This document shows, piece by piece, positions 22,824 to 31,426 of a stretch of 64,000 bases of DNA (its first letter is position 1; each line of letters begins with the position of its first letter). Origin of the DNA: Chloroflexota bacterium (GTDB lineage Bacteria > Chloroflexota > Limnocylindria > QHBO01); NCBI GenBank assembly GCA_052388515.1, contig JBQTHZ010000070.1:9924-73923 (forward strand), given 5' to 3'. Position numbers and translations under genes: made by a program. The notes beneath the pieces are model-generated. The model did not search any database. It was not told the origin of the DNA and saw nothing but the letters and a program-made list of their open reading frames with translations.

Positions 22824-23776
22824 GCGTCTGGCTCCTGACCGACGCGGCGATGGACGAGCACGCCACGGCCGGGCACCCCGAACGCCCTGACCGCCGCGGA
22901 GCTGCTGCCGATGGGGTCCGCGACGCCGCCGGTCACTCACTGGTCGAGCCGGCCGTCGAGCCGATCGACCGCGACGTGCTCGAGTCGATCCACGATCCGG
23001 CGTACCTCGACCTCCTGGATGACGCGGCGGAGCGCGGCGGTGGTTGGCTCGACGCCGACACCTACATCGTCCAGGGCTCGATCCGCGCCGCGGCGCTCGC
23101 GGCGGGCGCGACGCTCCAGGCAGCGCTGGCGGCGGCCACGGGTGCCGCGGAGGTGGCCTTCGCGGTCGTACGCCCACCGGGGCACCATGCCACGCGGGAG
23201 CGGGGGAGCGGCTTCTGCCTCATCAACAACGTGGCGGTGGCGGTGGCCGGGCTGCGCGCCCGCGGCGTCGCGCAGCGCATCGCGATCATCGACTGGGACG
23301 TGCACCACGGTGACGGCACACAGGCGATCTTCAACGAGGATCCAGCGCTGTGCTATGCATCGACGCACCAATCACCGTTCTATCCCGGCACCGGCCATCG
23401 CGCCGAGACCGGGTGCGGGCCGGCGGTGGGCACGAAGCACAACCGTCCGCTGCCTGCCGATAGCGGCAACGACGCCTTCACCACGGCCTGGCAGGAGGAT
23501 CTGGTGCCCGCGATCGAGGCGTTCGAGCCAGACGCGCTGCTGGTCTCCGCCGGCTACGACGCCCACGTCGACGACCCGCTGGCCAGCCTCGAGGTGACGG
23601 AGCATGGGTACGAGGAGGTCGCGATGCAGGTCGGCGCCCTGAGCCGTCGGCTCGGTCTCGGCGGCGTGGGGCTCACGCTCGAGGGGGGATACGGCCTCGA
23701 CGCGTTGCGGGGCTCCGCTGCCGCCACGGTGCGGGGGATCCTGGCCGGCCGTGCGGCAGAGACGGTCCGAGGGTGA
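22820..23776 (+). CDS. histone deacetylase-family (AcuC/Apah-like) deacetylase
   Basis: A GTG start forms a GTGA overlap with the tatC stop. Active-site motifs RPPGHHA and DVHHGDGTQ. Confidence 0.88.
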   Translation: MSVWLLTDAAMDEHATAGHPERPDRRGAAADGVRDAAGHSLVEPAVEPIDRDVLESIHDPAYLDLLDDAAERGGGWLDADTYIVQGSIRAAALAAGATLQAALAAATGAAEVAFAVVRPPGHHATRERGSGFCLINNVAVAVAGLRARGVAQRIAIIDWDVHHGDGTQAIFNEDPALCYASTHQSPFYPGTGHRAETGCGPAVGTKHNRPLPADSGNDAFTTAWQEDLVPAIEAFEPDALLVSAGYDAHVDDPLASLEVTEHGYEEVAMQVGALSRRLGLGGVGLTLEGGYGLDALRGSAAATVRGILAGRAAETVRG

Positions 23777-23819
23777 CATCGGACTATACTCGTGGCCCGT
23801 TTCGAGCACGGAGGGAGAG

Positions 23820-24758
23820 GTGGCGCGCAGCGTGGCGATCCAGGATGAATCGTCGGAGCCCGCGTCGTCGCGCGTCCAGGACAGCGCCGCAGGCATCGAG
23901 CATCTCCTCGTCATCAGCGGCCTCTCCGGCGCCGGAAAGAGCCAGGCGAGCAAGCTCTTCGAGGATCTTGGCTACTCGTGCGTCGACAACCTGCCGCCGG
24001 CCCTGCTCGATGACTTCCTCGCCCTGCGGCGGACCGAGCCCGATCGCTACCGGCGCTCCGCGCTCGTGCTCGACATTCGCGCCGGGGACCCGGCGCCGGC
24101 CATCGAACGCGCCGCCGCCGCGCTGTCGTCGGAGGGATCGAAGCTGGAGCTCATCTACCTCGAGGCGAGCGACGCCAGCCTCGGGAGCCGCTTCAGCGAG
24201 ACGCGGCATCGTCACCCGTTGCAGGCCACGCGAAGCGGCGTCCAGGCCAGCATCGCCGAGGAGCGACGCCGCCTGGCGCGGACGCGCGACCTGGCGAACC
24301 ACGTGATCGACACGAGCGGCCTCTCGATCGGCCAGCTCAAGGACCGGCTCTTCGCCGTCGTGCCACGGGCATCAGGATCGGACGAGCTCCGGATCGACAT
24401 CGTGACCTTTGGCTTCAAGTACGGGATCCCGCTCGAGGCAGACCTCGTGTTCGACGTCCGATTCCTGACCAACCCGTACTGGGATCCGCAGCTGAAGCCG
24501 CTCTCCGGCCTGGAGGGGCCGGTGCGCGACTTCGTGCTGTCGCAGCCGGCTGCGCGTCGCTTTCTCGAGCTGGTGACCGAGCTGCTGGAGCTGACCGTCC
24601 CCGCGTACCGCGCCGAGGGCAAGGAGCAGCTGCGCCTGGCATTGGGGTGCACGGGTGGGTATCACCGATCGATCGCCCTCGCCGAGGAGCTGGCCGGGCG
24701 GCTGGCGGCGATGTCCGGGACGTCAGTGGCCGTCTTCCACCGGGAGCTCGAGCGATGA
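23820..24758 (+). CDS. rapZ: RNase adapter / nucleotide-binding protein RapZ
   Basis: The GTG is preceded by GGAGGGAGAGG, with a TATACT box at 23785-23790. P-loop SGLSGAGKS and the CVDNLPP motif. Confidence 0.9.
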   Translation: MARSVAIQDESSEPASSRVQDSAAGIEHLLVISGLSGAGKSQASKLFEDLGYSCVDNLPPALLDDFLALRRTEPDRYRRSALVLDIRAGDPAPAIERAAAALSSEGSKLELIYLEASDASLGSRFSETRHRHPLQATRSGVQASIAEERRRLARTRDLANHVIDTSGLSIGQLKDRLFAVVPRASGSDELRIDIVTFGFKYGIPLEADLVFDVRFLTNPYWDPQLKPLSGLEGPVRDFVLSQPAARRFLELVTELLELTVPAYRAEGKEQLRLALGCTGGYHRSIALAEELAGRLAAMSGTSVAVFHRELER

Positions 24759-26077
24759 AGGGACCACGGCTGCCGCGCTGGCTCTATCCCGGGATGCACC
24801 TCAAGCGCTGGCTCGTCATGCTGCTCAGCGGCATTGCCATCCTGGGGCTCGGTGCGGCGATCTTCATCCGCGACCTCTACCGAACCAACGCGGCCGACGA
24901 GATCCCGATCGTCTACTGGGTGACCGGCGCCTGGTTGGAACCGGAGCTGCGCGCCGCATTGGTGGCGTTGCTCGGAATCGGGCTGACCGGCATCGGCTTC
25001 TGGGGGCTCATGCGGTCGGTCATCTCGCCGTTCGTGGCGCGCGGTGACAGCGTCATGGAGGTGCTCTACACGAAGCGCTACCTGGCTCGGGGGCCGCGGA
25101 TCGTGGCGCTCGGTGGGGGCACCGGCCTCTCGACGCTGCTTCGCGGCCTCAAGGGCTACAGCGCCAACATCACGGCGGTGGTGGCGGTCGCCGACGACGG
25201 AGGCAGCTCGGGCCGACTGCGCCAGCAGCTCGGCATCGTGCCGCCGGGTGACATCCGCAACTGCATCGCCGCCCTCGCGGATGCCGAGCCGCTGATGACC
25301 CAGCTCATGCAGTACCGCTTCCCGCAGGGCTCCGGGCTCGACGACCACGCCTTCGGCAACCTGTTCATCGCGGCCATGACGGCGATCACTGGAGACTTCG
25401 AGGAGGCAGTCCGCCAGTCGAACCGGGTTCTCGCGGTTCGCGGGCAGGTGCTGCCGGCCACGAGCGTCCCGCTCAACCTGTCCGCCCAGCTCGTTTCGGG
25501 CCGTCACCTGTATGGGCAGGTCGGCATCACGCGGGCCGGGGAAGCGATCGAGCGGGTTTTCATCGAGCCCGATGACGTGCGCGCGACCCCGGAGGCGCTC
25601 GAGCGCATCCTCGAGGCCGAGATCATCGTCATCGGCCCCGGGAGCCTGTTCAGCAGCGTCCTGCCGAATCTGCTCATCAGCGACGTGCGCGACGCGCTCG
25701 CCGCCGCCACCGGACTGAAGGTGTACGTCTGCAACGTCGCGACGCAGCCGGGCGAGACGGAGAGCCTGACGGCCAGCCAGCACCTGCGGGCGCTCTTCGC
25801 GCACGTCGGCGACGACCTCGTCGACTACGTGATCCTCAACCGCAATGCGAATGCGCGCCGCCCGGCTGGCTGGCGCGCGGAGCCGGTCGAGGTCGACGTG
25901 CGGCGCCTCGAGGAACTGCCGGTCGTCATCGTCGAGGAGGACGTCATCGACTCGGCCAATGCGCACCGCCACGACCCGGCCAAGCTGGCGGCCGCCATCA
26001 TGCGGCTGCAGCAGGAGGACCGCATCGAACGACCGCGGCAACGTCGGGTTCGACGGTCGGCGGCGAATGCCTCCTGA
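24755..26077 (+). CDS. yvcK: YvcK/CofD-like gluconeogenesis factor with N-terminal 2-TM extension
   Basis: ATGA overlap with the rapZ stop. Core motifs LGGGTGLSTLLRGLK and VADDGGSSGRLR. The first ~110 aa contain two hydrophobic helices. Confidence 0.88.
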   Translation: MKGPRLPRWLYPGMHLKRWLVMLLSGIAILGLGAAIFIRDLYRTNAADEIPIVYWVTGAWLEPELRAALVALLGIGLTGIGFWGLMRSVISPFVARGDSVMEVLYTKRYLARGPRIVALGGGTGLSTLLRGLKGYSANITAVVAVADDGGSSGRLRQQLGIVPPGDIRNCIAALADAEPLMTQLMQYRFPQGSGLDDHAFGNLFIAAMTAITGDFEEAVRQSNRVLAVRGQVLPATSVPLNLSAQLVSGRHLYGQVGITRAGEAIERVFIEPDDVRATPEALERILEAEIIVIGPGSLFSSVLPNLLISDVRDALAAATGLKVYVCNVATQPGETESLTASQHLRALFAHVGDDLVDYVILNRNANARRPAGWRAEPVEVDVRRLEELPVVIVEEDVIDSANAHRHDPAKLAAAIMRLQQEDRIERPRQRRVRRSAANAS

Positions 26078-26085
26078 GCGGTTCC

Positions 26086-26937
26086 GTGCTCCTCGCCGGT
26101 GAGGTGAAGGGGGAGCTTGCCCGCATCCAGCCGGCCCGGATCTGCTGCCGTCGAGCCGAGCTCCTCGGACTTCTCCATGGCAGTGGCGGAAACCGGCTGC
26201 GGACACTCGATCACGCGACCGCGCGAACGGCGGTGACCCTGGCCAGCTCACTCGAGATTCCCGCCGACCCGCCGCGCTCCCTCGGCGGTGATCGTGGGCG
26301 GCAACCCCGTTCGCGGCACCATCTCGTCGTCGAGGTCCCGCGCGAGCAGCTCGGGACCTGGCGCTGGGATGCCGCCCCGGGCTGCGATCGGCGTTCGTTC
26401 CTGCGCGGCATGCTGCTGGGGTCCGGCTCCATCTCGTTCGGCCGGTCCGGCGCGCACGTCGAATTCGTGCTGCTCGACGCCGATGCGGCCGAACAGCTCC
26501 AGGCCCTCCTTGCGGCGATGGCTGTCCGAGCGTTCCGCGCCGAGCGACGGGGCCATCACGTCGTCTACCTCAAGGGGCTGGACGAAATCGTGTCGCTGCT
26601 CGGGCTCGTGGGCGCCAACCGGGGCGTACTCGAGCTCGAGACGCAACGCGTCGGCCGCGACGTGCGGGCACGTCTCAACCGCCTGATCAACGCGGAGGAG
26701 GCGAATCTGGGCCGTACCGTGCGCGCCGCCGACCACCAGCTGACGGCGATCGATCGGCTCGAGGGTGACGGCACGCTGGCCCGCCTCACGCCGGCGCTGC
26801 GCGAGACGGCTGCACAGCGACGTCGCATGCCGGACGCGGATCTGGATACCCTTGCCGCGGCCCGCGGCGTCAGCCGCTGGGCTGTCAACCATCGGCTGCG
26901 CCGGCTCATCGAGCTGGCCGGTGAACTGGAGGATTGA
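26086..26937 (+). CDS. whiA: DNA-binding protein WhiA
   Basis: N-terminus LAGEVKGELARI, LAGLIDADG-like middle region and C-terminal HTH (GVSRWAVNHRLRRL). Conserved position after rapZ-yvcK. Confidence 0.88.
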   Translation: MLLAGEVKGELARIQPARICCRRAELLGLLHGSGGNRLRTLDHATARTAVTLASSLEIPADPPRSLGGDRGRQPRSRHHLVVEVPREQLGTWRWDAAPGCDRRSFLRGMLLGSGSISFGRSGAHVEFVLLDADAAEQLQALLAAMAVRAFRAERRGHHVVYLKGLDEIVSLLGLVGANRGVLELETQRVGRDVRARLNRLINAEEANLGRTVRAADHQLTAIDRLEGDGTLARLTPALRETAAQRRRMPDADLDTLAAARGVSRWAVNHRLRRLIELAGELED

Positions 26938-27692
26938 TGCGCGAACCGGTGGTCGCCGGCAACTGGAAGATGAACCCTGCCACGCTCGACGAGGCCCTCT
27001 CCCTCGCCGAGGCCGTCCAGGCCGCTGCACGGGCGGCATCCGGCATGACGACGGTCATCTGTCCTCCGACCATCTGGCTCGCCGAGATCGCGGGCGCGGT
27101 GGACGCAGCGGTCGCGATCGGCGCGCAGACGATGCATGCCGATGAGCGCGGTGCCTTCACCGGCGAGACGAGCCCGCTCATGCTCCATGGACTTGCCACG
27201 TTCGTCATCCTGGGCCACTCCGAGCGGCGGCAGTTCGACGGCGAAACCGATGAGCGGGTCGGGCGCAAGGTCGCCAGCGCGGTGGCACACGGACTGCGGC
27301 CGATCGCGGCGGTGGGGGAGCGAGCGGACGAGCGCCGGGCCGGAGCGACCTCGTCGGTCATCGACCGCCAGGTGCGCGCCGCCGTCGGCGGGCTCGAGCG
27401 GCTGTCCGGGGCCGGCCTCGTGATCGCCTACGAGCCGGTCTGGGCCATCGGGACCGGGGACGCGGCCACCGCCGAGGACGCGCAGGTGGTCTGTGCACAG
27501 ATCCGGGCGATCCTGCGCGAGATTGAGCCCGGTGCCGCCGATGACGTCCCGATCCAGTACGGCGGCAGTGTCACCGCCGAGAACGCCGCGGAGCTGTTCG
27601 CGCAGCCGGACATCGACGGCGCGCTCGTCGGGGGTGCCTCGCTCAAGCCGGACCAGTTTGCCGCGATCCTTCGAGCGGCGGCGGGGGCGTGA
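26937..27692 (+). CDS. tpiA: triosephosphate isomerase
   Basis: Motifs VAGNWKMN, GHSERR and YEPVWAIGTG. The ATG shares 1 nt with the whiA TGA. Confidence 0.93.
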   Translation: MREPVVAGNWKMNPATLDEALSLAEAVQAAARAASGMTTVICPPTIWLAEIAGAVDAAVAIGAQTMHADERGAFTGETSPLMLHGLATFVILGHSERRQFDGETDERVGRKVASAVAHGLRPIAAVGERADERRAGATSSVIDRQVRAAVGGLERLSGAGLVIAYEPVWAIGTGDAATAEDAQVVCAQIRAILREIEPGAADDVPIQYGGSVTAENAAELFAQPDIDGALVGGASLKPDQFAAILRAAAGA

Positions 27693-29206
27693 CTGTCGTA
27701 CTCGTCGTCCTCGATGGTTTCGGACTCAACGATGACCCGTCGCGAAACGCGCTCCTATCGGCGTCGATGGGGAACTGGAATCGGCTCATCGGCGAATGGC
27801 CGCATTGCCGGCTCGAGGCATCCGGCGAGGCGGTCGGGCTGCCGGCGGGCCAGATGGGCAACAGCGAGGTTGGGCACCTGAACCTGGGGGCCGGCTTTCC
27901 GGTGCTCCAGGATCTACCGCGCATCAGCGCCGCGATTCGCGACGGCAGCTTCTTCGAGAACGAGGTGCTGGCTGGGATCTGCCGCGAGGTCTCGGCGAGC
28001 GGGCATCGGCTCCACCTCCTCGGCCTCGTCGGCCCCGGGGGGATCCACGCGGTCGACGAGCACATCGTTGCCATGGTCGAACTGGCGCATCGGTCCGGGA
28101 TCCCGCCGGATCGCGTGCTCTTCCATGCCTTCACCGATGGTCGCGACACGCCGCCGCGCTCGGCCGACCACCTCCTCCCCGCGCTCGAGGCTCGCTTCGA
28201 CGGGCGTGCCCGGGTGGCGACCGTGTGCGGGCGCTACTTCGCCATGGACCGCGACCGTCGCTGGGACCGGACCCGGCGAGCGTTCGACGCCATCGTCCAC
28301 GGTGTCGGGCTGTCGGCCAGATCGCCGTCGGCAGCCGTGAACGAGGCGTACGCGCGCGGCGAGGACGACGAGTTCATCCGACCTACCGTCCTCGGCGACG
28401 TCGTTCCCGTGCTGCCGGGCGACGTTGCCGTCCACCTCAACTTCCGCGCCGATCGCGCTCGCCAGCTGTCCCGAGCGCTCGCCATGCCAGGCTTCGACGC
28501 GTTCGACCGGGGATCCGCCGCGCCGATCCAGCTCGCGACGCTGACCGAGTACGAGTCGGGCGACGGCCTGGACGCTGCCGTCGCGTTTCCGCAGGCCGCC
28601 GCCGACTCGCTCGCCGCGCTGGTTTCTCGGCTCGGGATGCGGCAGCTGCACGTGGCGGAGACGGAGAAGTACGCCCACGTCACGTACTTCTTCAACGGTG
28701 GCGTGGAGGAGCCGTTCGCCGGCGAGGACCGCATCCTGGTTCCATCCAACCGGGAGGTCTCGACCTACGACCAGGCGCCGGAGATGCGCGCCGGACCGAT
28801 CACGGACCGCATCGTCGAGGCGCTCGATCGTCGAGAGCACGACATGATCGTCGCCAACTACGCCAATCCCGACATGGTCGGGCACACGGGCGTCTGGTCG
28901 GCAGCGGTGGAGGCGGCCGAGTTCGTCGACGGCTGCCTCGGCCGGCTGACGCGCGCCGCGCTGGGCGTGGGTGCCAGCCTGCTCATCACCGCCGACCATG
29001 GCAACATCGAGGAGATGCGCGATGCCGATGGGAAGCCGCAGACGAAGCACACGACCTCGCCGGTGCCATGTGTGCTGGTCGACGAGGCTCGGGCCGGTGT
29101 CCGCCTGCGCGACGGTGTTCTCGCCGATGTCGCGCCGACGGTGTGCGAGCTGCTCGGCATCCCGGGCGGGCCACAGATGACCGGCCGCTCGCTGCTCGAG
29201 GCCTGA
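27689..29206 (+). CDS. gpmI: 2,3-bisphosphoglycerate-independent phosphoglycerate mutase
   Basis: GTGA overlap with the tpiA stop. Motifs VLDGFGL and GNSEVGHLNLGAG. Length 505 aa. Confidence 0.95.
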   Translation: MTVVLVVLDGFGLNDDPSRNALLSASMGNWNRLIGEWPHCRLEASGEAVGLPAGQMGNSEVGHLNLGAGFPVLQDLPRISAAIRDGSFFENEVLAGICREVSASGHRLHLLGLVGPGGIHAVDEHIVAMVELAHRSGIPPDRVLFHAFTDGRDTPPRSADHLLPALEARFDGRARVATVCGRYFAMDRDRRWDRTRRAFDAIVHGVGLSARSPSAAVNEAYARGEDDEFIRPTVLGDVVPVLPGDVAVHLNFRADRARQLSRALAMPGFDAFDRGSAAPIQLATLTEYESGDGLDAAVAFPQAAADSLAALVSRLGMRQLHVAETEKYAHVTYFFNGGVEEPFAGEDRILVPSNREVSTYDQAPEMRAGPITDRIVEALDRREHDMIVANYANPDMVGHTGVWSAAVEAAEFVDGCLGRLTRAALGVGASLLITADHGNIEEMRDADGKPQTKHTTSPVPCVLVDEARAGVRLRDGVLADVAPTVCELLGIPGGPQMTGRSLLEA

Positions 29207-29233
29207 CGCGACCTCTGCTAGACTGCGCCGGCA

Positions 29234-29455
29234 ATGCAGACCCCTCTTCTTCTCGCCCAGATGATCCTGGCCATCGCGCTCATGGCGTCCATCCTGCTCC
29301 AGCAGCGCGGCACCGGCCTGGGTGGGGCCTTCGGTGGCGAGGTCACCGCCTATCGCAGCCGACGCGGGATCGAGCGGACCCTCTTCCGGATGACCGTCGT
29401 GCTCGCCGTCCTGTTCGTGGCCTTCAGCCTCCTCAATCTGCTGCCGCAGAACTGA
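29234..29455 (+). CDS. secG: preprotein translocase subunit SecG
   Basis: 73 aa with two TM segments and the LLQQRGTGLGGAFGG motif. TGcTAGACT (-10 at 29219-29224) lies 9 nt upstream of the ATG. Confidence 0.85.
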   Translation: MQTPLLLAQMILAIALMASILLQQRGTGLGGAFGGEVTAYRSRRGIERTLFRMTVVLAVLFVAFSLLNLLPQN

Positions 29456-29513
29456 GCGGATGGCCGTGCTATCATCGGCCCTCGCAATCGGAACTCGCTC
29501 CGAATGCGGCCGT

Positions 29514-29600
29514 GCCGAGGTGGCGGAATAGGCAGACGCGCTAGGTTCAGGACCTAGTGGCCGCAAGGTCGTGTGGGTTCAAGTCCCTCCCTCGGTACCA
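29514..29600 (+). tRNA. tRNA-Leu (anticodon CAG)
   Basis: Hand-folded cloverleaf. Acceptor GCCGAGG/CCTCGGT, anticodon arm CTAGG-TTCAGGA-CCTAG, long variable arm, T-loop TTCAAGT, encoded CCA. Confidence 0.9.
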
Positions 29601-29609
29601 CCCTTCTGG

Positions 29610-29694
29610 GCCCAGGTGGCGGAATTGGTATACGCGTACGTTTGAGGGGCGTATGAGGCAACTCATCCGGGTTCAAGTCCCGGCCTGGGCACCA
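29610..29694 (+). tRNA. tRNA-Leu (anticodon GAG)
   Basis: Acceptor GCCCAGG/CCTGGGC, anticodon arm TACGT-TTGAGGG-GCGTA, long variable arm, encoded CCA. Confidence 0.9.
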
Positions 29695-29714
29695 TTCCCC
29701 TTCTGAGACCGATG

Positions 29715-29741
29715 CGCCGCTCGCGCTCTGCGCGAGCGGCG
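29715..29741 (+). terminator. strong GC hairpin after the tRNA-Leu pair
   Basis: CGCCGCTCGCGC-TCT-GCGCGAGCGGCG with perfect 12-nt arms. No clear U-tract. Confidence 0.5.
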
Positions 29742-29851
29742 TCGCGCTCTCCGGCGGTGGATGGCACGATCGGCCGAGCGTGAGCACGCGCTCGACCCAC
29801 GCCTTGGAGGTGGACCCTCGAGACGCCCGTGATGCGTTCTGTCAACACATC

Positions 29852-29922
29852 AGGGATCGTCATCGCGTTAGGGATTGTCATCCGGCGATTGGGGATGGTA
29901 CTTTCGGCCCAGGATGGCATAG
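29852..29922 (+). repeat. direct repeats AGGGATyGTCATC (two near-identical plus two degenerate copies)
   Basis: AGGGATCGTCATC at 29852 and AGGGATTGTCATC at 29870 match at 12/13 positions. Weaker copies are GGGGATGGTACTT at 29891 and AGGATGGCAT at 29911. Spacing is 18-21 bp. Confidence 0.5.
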
Positions 29923-29929
29923 GCTCTTC

Positions 29930-29952
29930 CATCTGATTCTGCGGATCAGATG
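29930..29952. promoter_or_regulatory. palindrome CATCTGAT-N7-ATCAGATG
   Basis: Perfect 8-bp inverted repeat in the AT-richer spacer upstream of the ECF sigma gene. Confidence 0.35.
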
Positions 29953-30094
29953 CCGTCCTGAATGCCGCCTTCGACCGAGGAGGCATCCCGACCGATTCGC
30001 TCGATGGCCAAGCGAAGCTAGCGCATGATCTGAGACCCGTTGGGGGGCGGTGCGGCGGATGGCAATTCTCGAACGGCGGGGCACTCGTGCCAAG

Positions 30095-30757
30095 ATGAGC
30101 ACGGGTCAAGGCCATCGGGTGGCACTCGGGAGCAGCCACTCCCAGGCCACGGAACTTGTCGCCTCCAAGCCGCCAACAGTGATCGTCGTCACAGCAGGCG
30201 CAGACGGTGAAATCGGCCTCATCGAGCGAGCCAGATCCGGGGATGCAGAGGCGTTCGACGCGCTTGTCGCGATCCGGCTCATGCCCACATTCCGCCTTGC
30301 GCGCTCGATTCTCGGCGGGACGGAGGAGGCGGAAGACGCCACCCAGGAGGCCTTCATCGCCGCGTGGCGCGGCCTGCCCTCCCTGCGCAAACCCGAACGT
30401 TTCGATGCATGGTTCGGGCGCATCGTCGTAAACGCCTGCCGGATGAGCATGCGCCGGCGGCCTAGAACGGTCTTTCTTTCGATCGAGTCGATCAGTGATT
30501 TCCAGCCTTCGGCGGACGATCCTCGGCTCAGCGGGCTCGGCGACAGCGATGCCCTGAACCGCGCTATCGATGCGCTTCCCGTTCAGCAACGGGCGATCCT
30601 CGCGCTCTATTACCTCGAGGATCGACCTGTGTCGACCGTCGCGATGATCCTGGGGATCCCAACCGGCACCGCGAAGTGGCGACTGTCCCGGGCGCGCACA
30701 GCCCTCAGAAGGGCGATGGCTGCGGGCGATGGCAGCGCTTCGGTTCCTGCTCGATAG
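30095..30757 (+). CDS. ECF-family RNA polymerase sigma-70 factor
   Basis: Region 2 (EDATQEAFIAAWRGLPSLRKPERFDAWFGRIVVNAC) and region 4 (LPVQQRAILALYYLEDRPVSTVAMILGIPTGTAKWRLSRAR). Start is uncertain: ATG 30095 or in-frame GTG 30179. Confidence 0.88.
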   Translation: MSTGQGHRVALGSSHSQATELVASKPPTVIVVTAGADGEIGLIERARSGDAEAFDALVAIRLMPTFRLARSILGGTEEAEDATQEAFIAAWRGLPSLRKPERFDAWFGRIVVNACRMSMRRRPRTVFLSIESISDFQPSADDPRLSGLGDSDALNRAIDALPVQQRAILALYYLEDRPVSTVAMILGIPTGTAKWRLSRARTALRRAMAAGDGSASVPAR

Positions 30758-30936
30758 CCCTGCTCGGAAGCGGCGAGAGGAGCCTCGCCCGGCAAAGGTG
30801 TCGGCGCCGCTACCTGGAGATACTGCCTGGCCGATGGCGGCCTATCCAACCGACCGGCTCCCTTCTGCATCTACTCAGGCAGCAGGGTTTACCCGTCTGG
30901 GCCTCGAGATCGTGAGATCGGAGGCGAGCAGCAAGG

Positions 30937-31389
30937 ATGTCGCGGTTCACAGATCAGAACCTCCGGGTGGCCTTTCGTCTCCGAGCGGCGGGCCAGCCGC
31001 GTCCTGGCCTCCGCCAGCGCATTAGACACGCGACGCGCCCCGCACAAGAGCCGGAAACCGTCGCTGTCATCCATGGGACGGCACATCGCCGACCGATCCT
31101 CGCCCGATTCACCGCAATCGCAGCGGTTGCCGCCCTCCTGATCCTGGCGCCCCTGGTCGGTGCGGGGTCCGACCTTTGGCGAAGACCCGACCCGTCTCTC
31201 GGACAGCCGACCCCCGACGAGCGGACCGCGGTCGCCATCGCGTCTGCCATCAACGATGGCGAGGACGACGAGGGCGATGAAGAGGACGACGACGATGAAG
31301 GGGACGACGACGATGAAGACGACGAGGAGGACGACGACGACGAAGACGACGACGAAGACGACCCGGAAAAGTCCGAGGAGGACAGGTAG
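30937..31389 (+). CDS. single-pass membrane protein with poly-Asp/Glu C-terminal tail (candidate anti-sigma factor)
   Basis: 150 aa. A basic N-terminal ~50 aa is followed by a TM segment (ILARFTAIAAVAALLILAPLVGA) preceded by HRR (N-in). The tail is DGEDDEGDEEDDDDEGDDDDEDDEEDDDDEDDDEDDPEKSEEDR. GGAGG lies ~12 nt upstream of the ATG. The gene sits directly downstream of the ECF sigma gene. Confidence 0.65.
   Translation: MSRFTDQNLRVAFRLRAAGQPRPGLRQRIRHATRPAQEPETVAVIHGTAHRRPILARFTAIAAVAALLILAPLVGAGSDLWRRPDPSLGQPTPDERTAVAIASAINDGEDDEGDEEDDDDEGDDDDEDDEEDDDDEDDDEDDPEKSEEDR
31255..31386 (+). repeat. imperfect GAN trinucleotide (GAC/GAG/GAA/GAT) tract encoding the acidic tail
   Basis: 132 nt of almost uninterrupted GAN codons. 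This also generates the poly-Ser and poly-Thr artefact ORFs in other frames. Confidence 0.8.
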
Positions 31390-31426
31390 GCCCGTGCGGC
31401 CTGAGAGGGCGGAAACGCAACCAACC

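Noticed and set aside
27796-29566. ORFs 27796..29544 (+, 582 aa) and 27914..29566 (-, 550 aa)
   Set aside because: They overlap the well-supported gpmI and secG frames and run into tRNA-Leu. Their composition is artefactual (RRGRPA-type).
29663-30589. Minus-strand 308-aa ORF and the repeated MTIPNAMTIP peptide it would encode
   Set aside because: The reading frame continues through both tRNA-Leu genes. The peptide repeat is just the translation of the DNA direct repeats, so they are treated as DNA-level repeats.
30729-31025. 98-aa ORF bridging the sigma gene end and the acidic-tail gene start as a possible conventional anti-sigma
   Set aside because: It overlaps both better-supported frames, has no TM segment or zinc-finger motif, and has Pro/Ser-rich composition.
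31255-31386. Periodic GAC/GAG/GAA tract considered as a tandem repeat, CRISPR-like or contingency locus
   Set aside because: It has 3-nt periodicity only, with no spacers and no unit longer than a codon. It is explained as coding low complexity (the acidic tail). No CRISPR array exists anywhere in the window.
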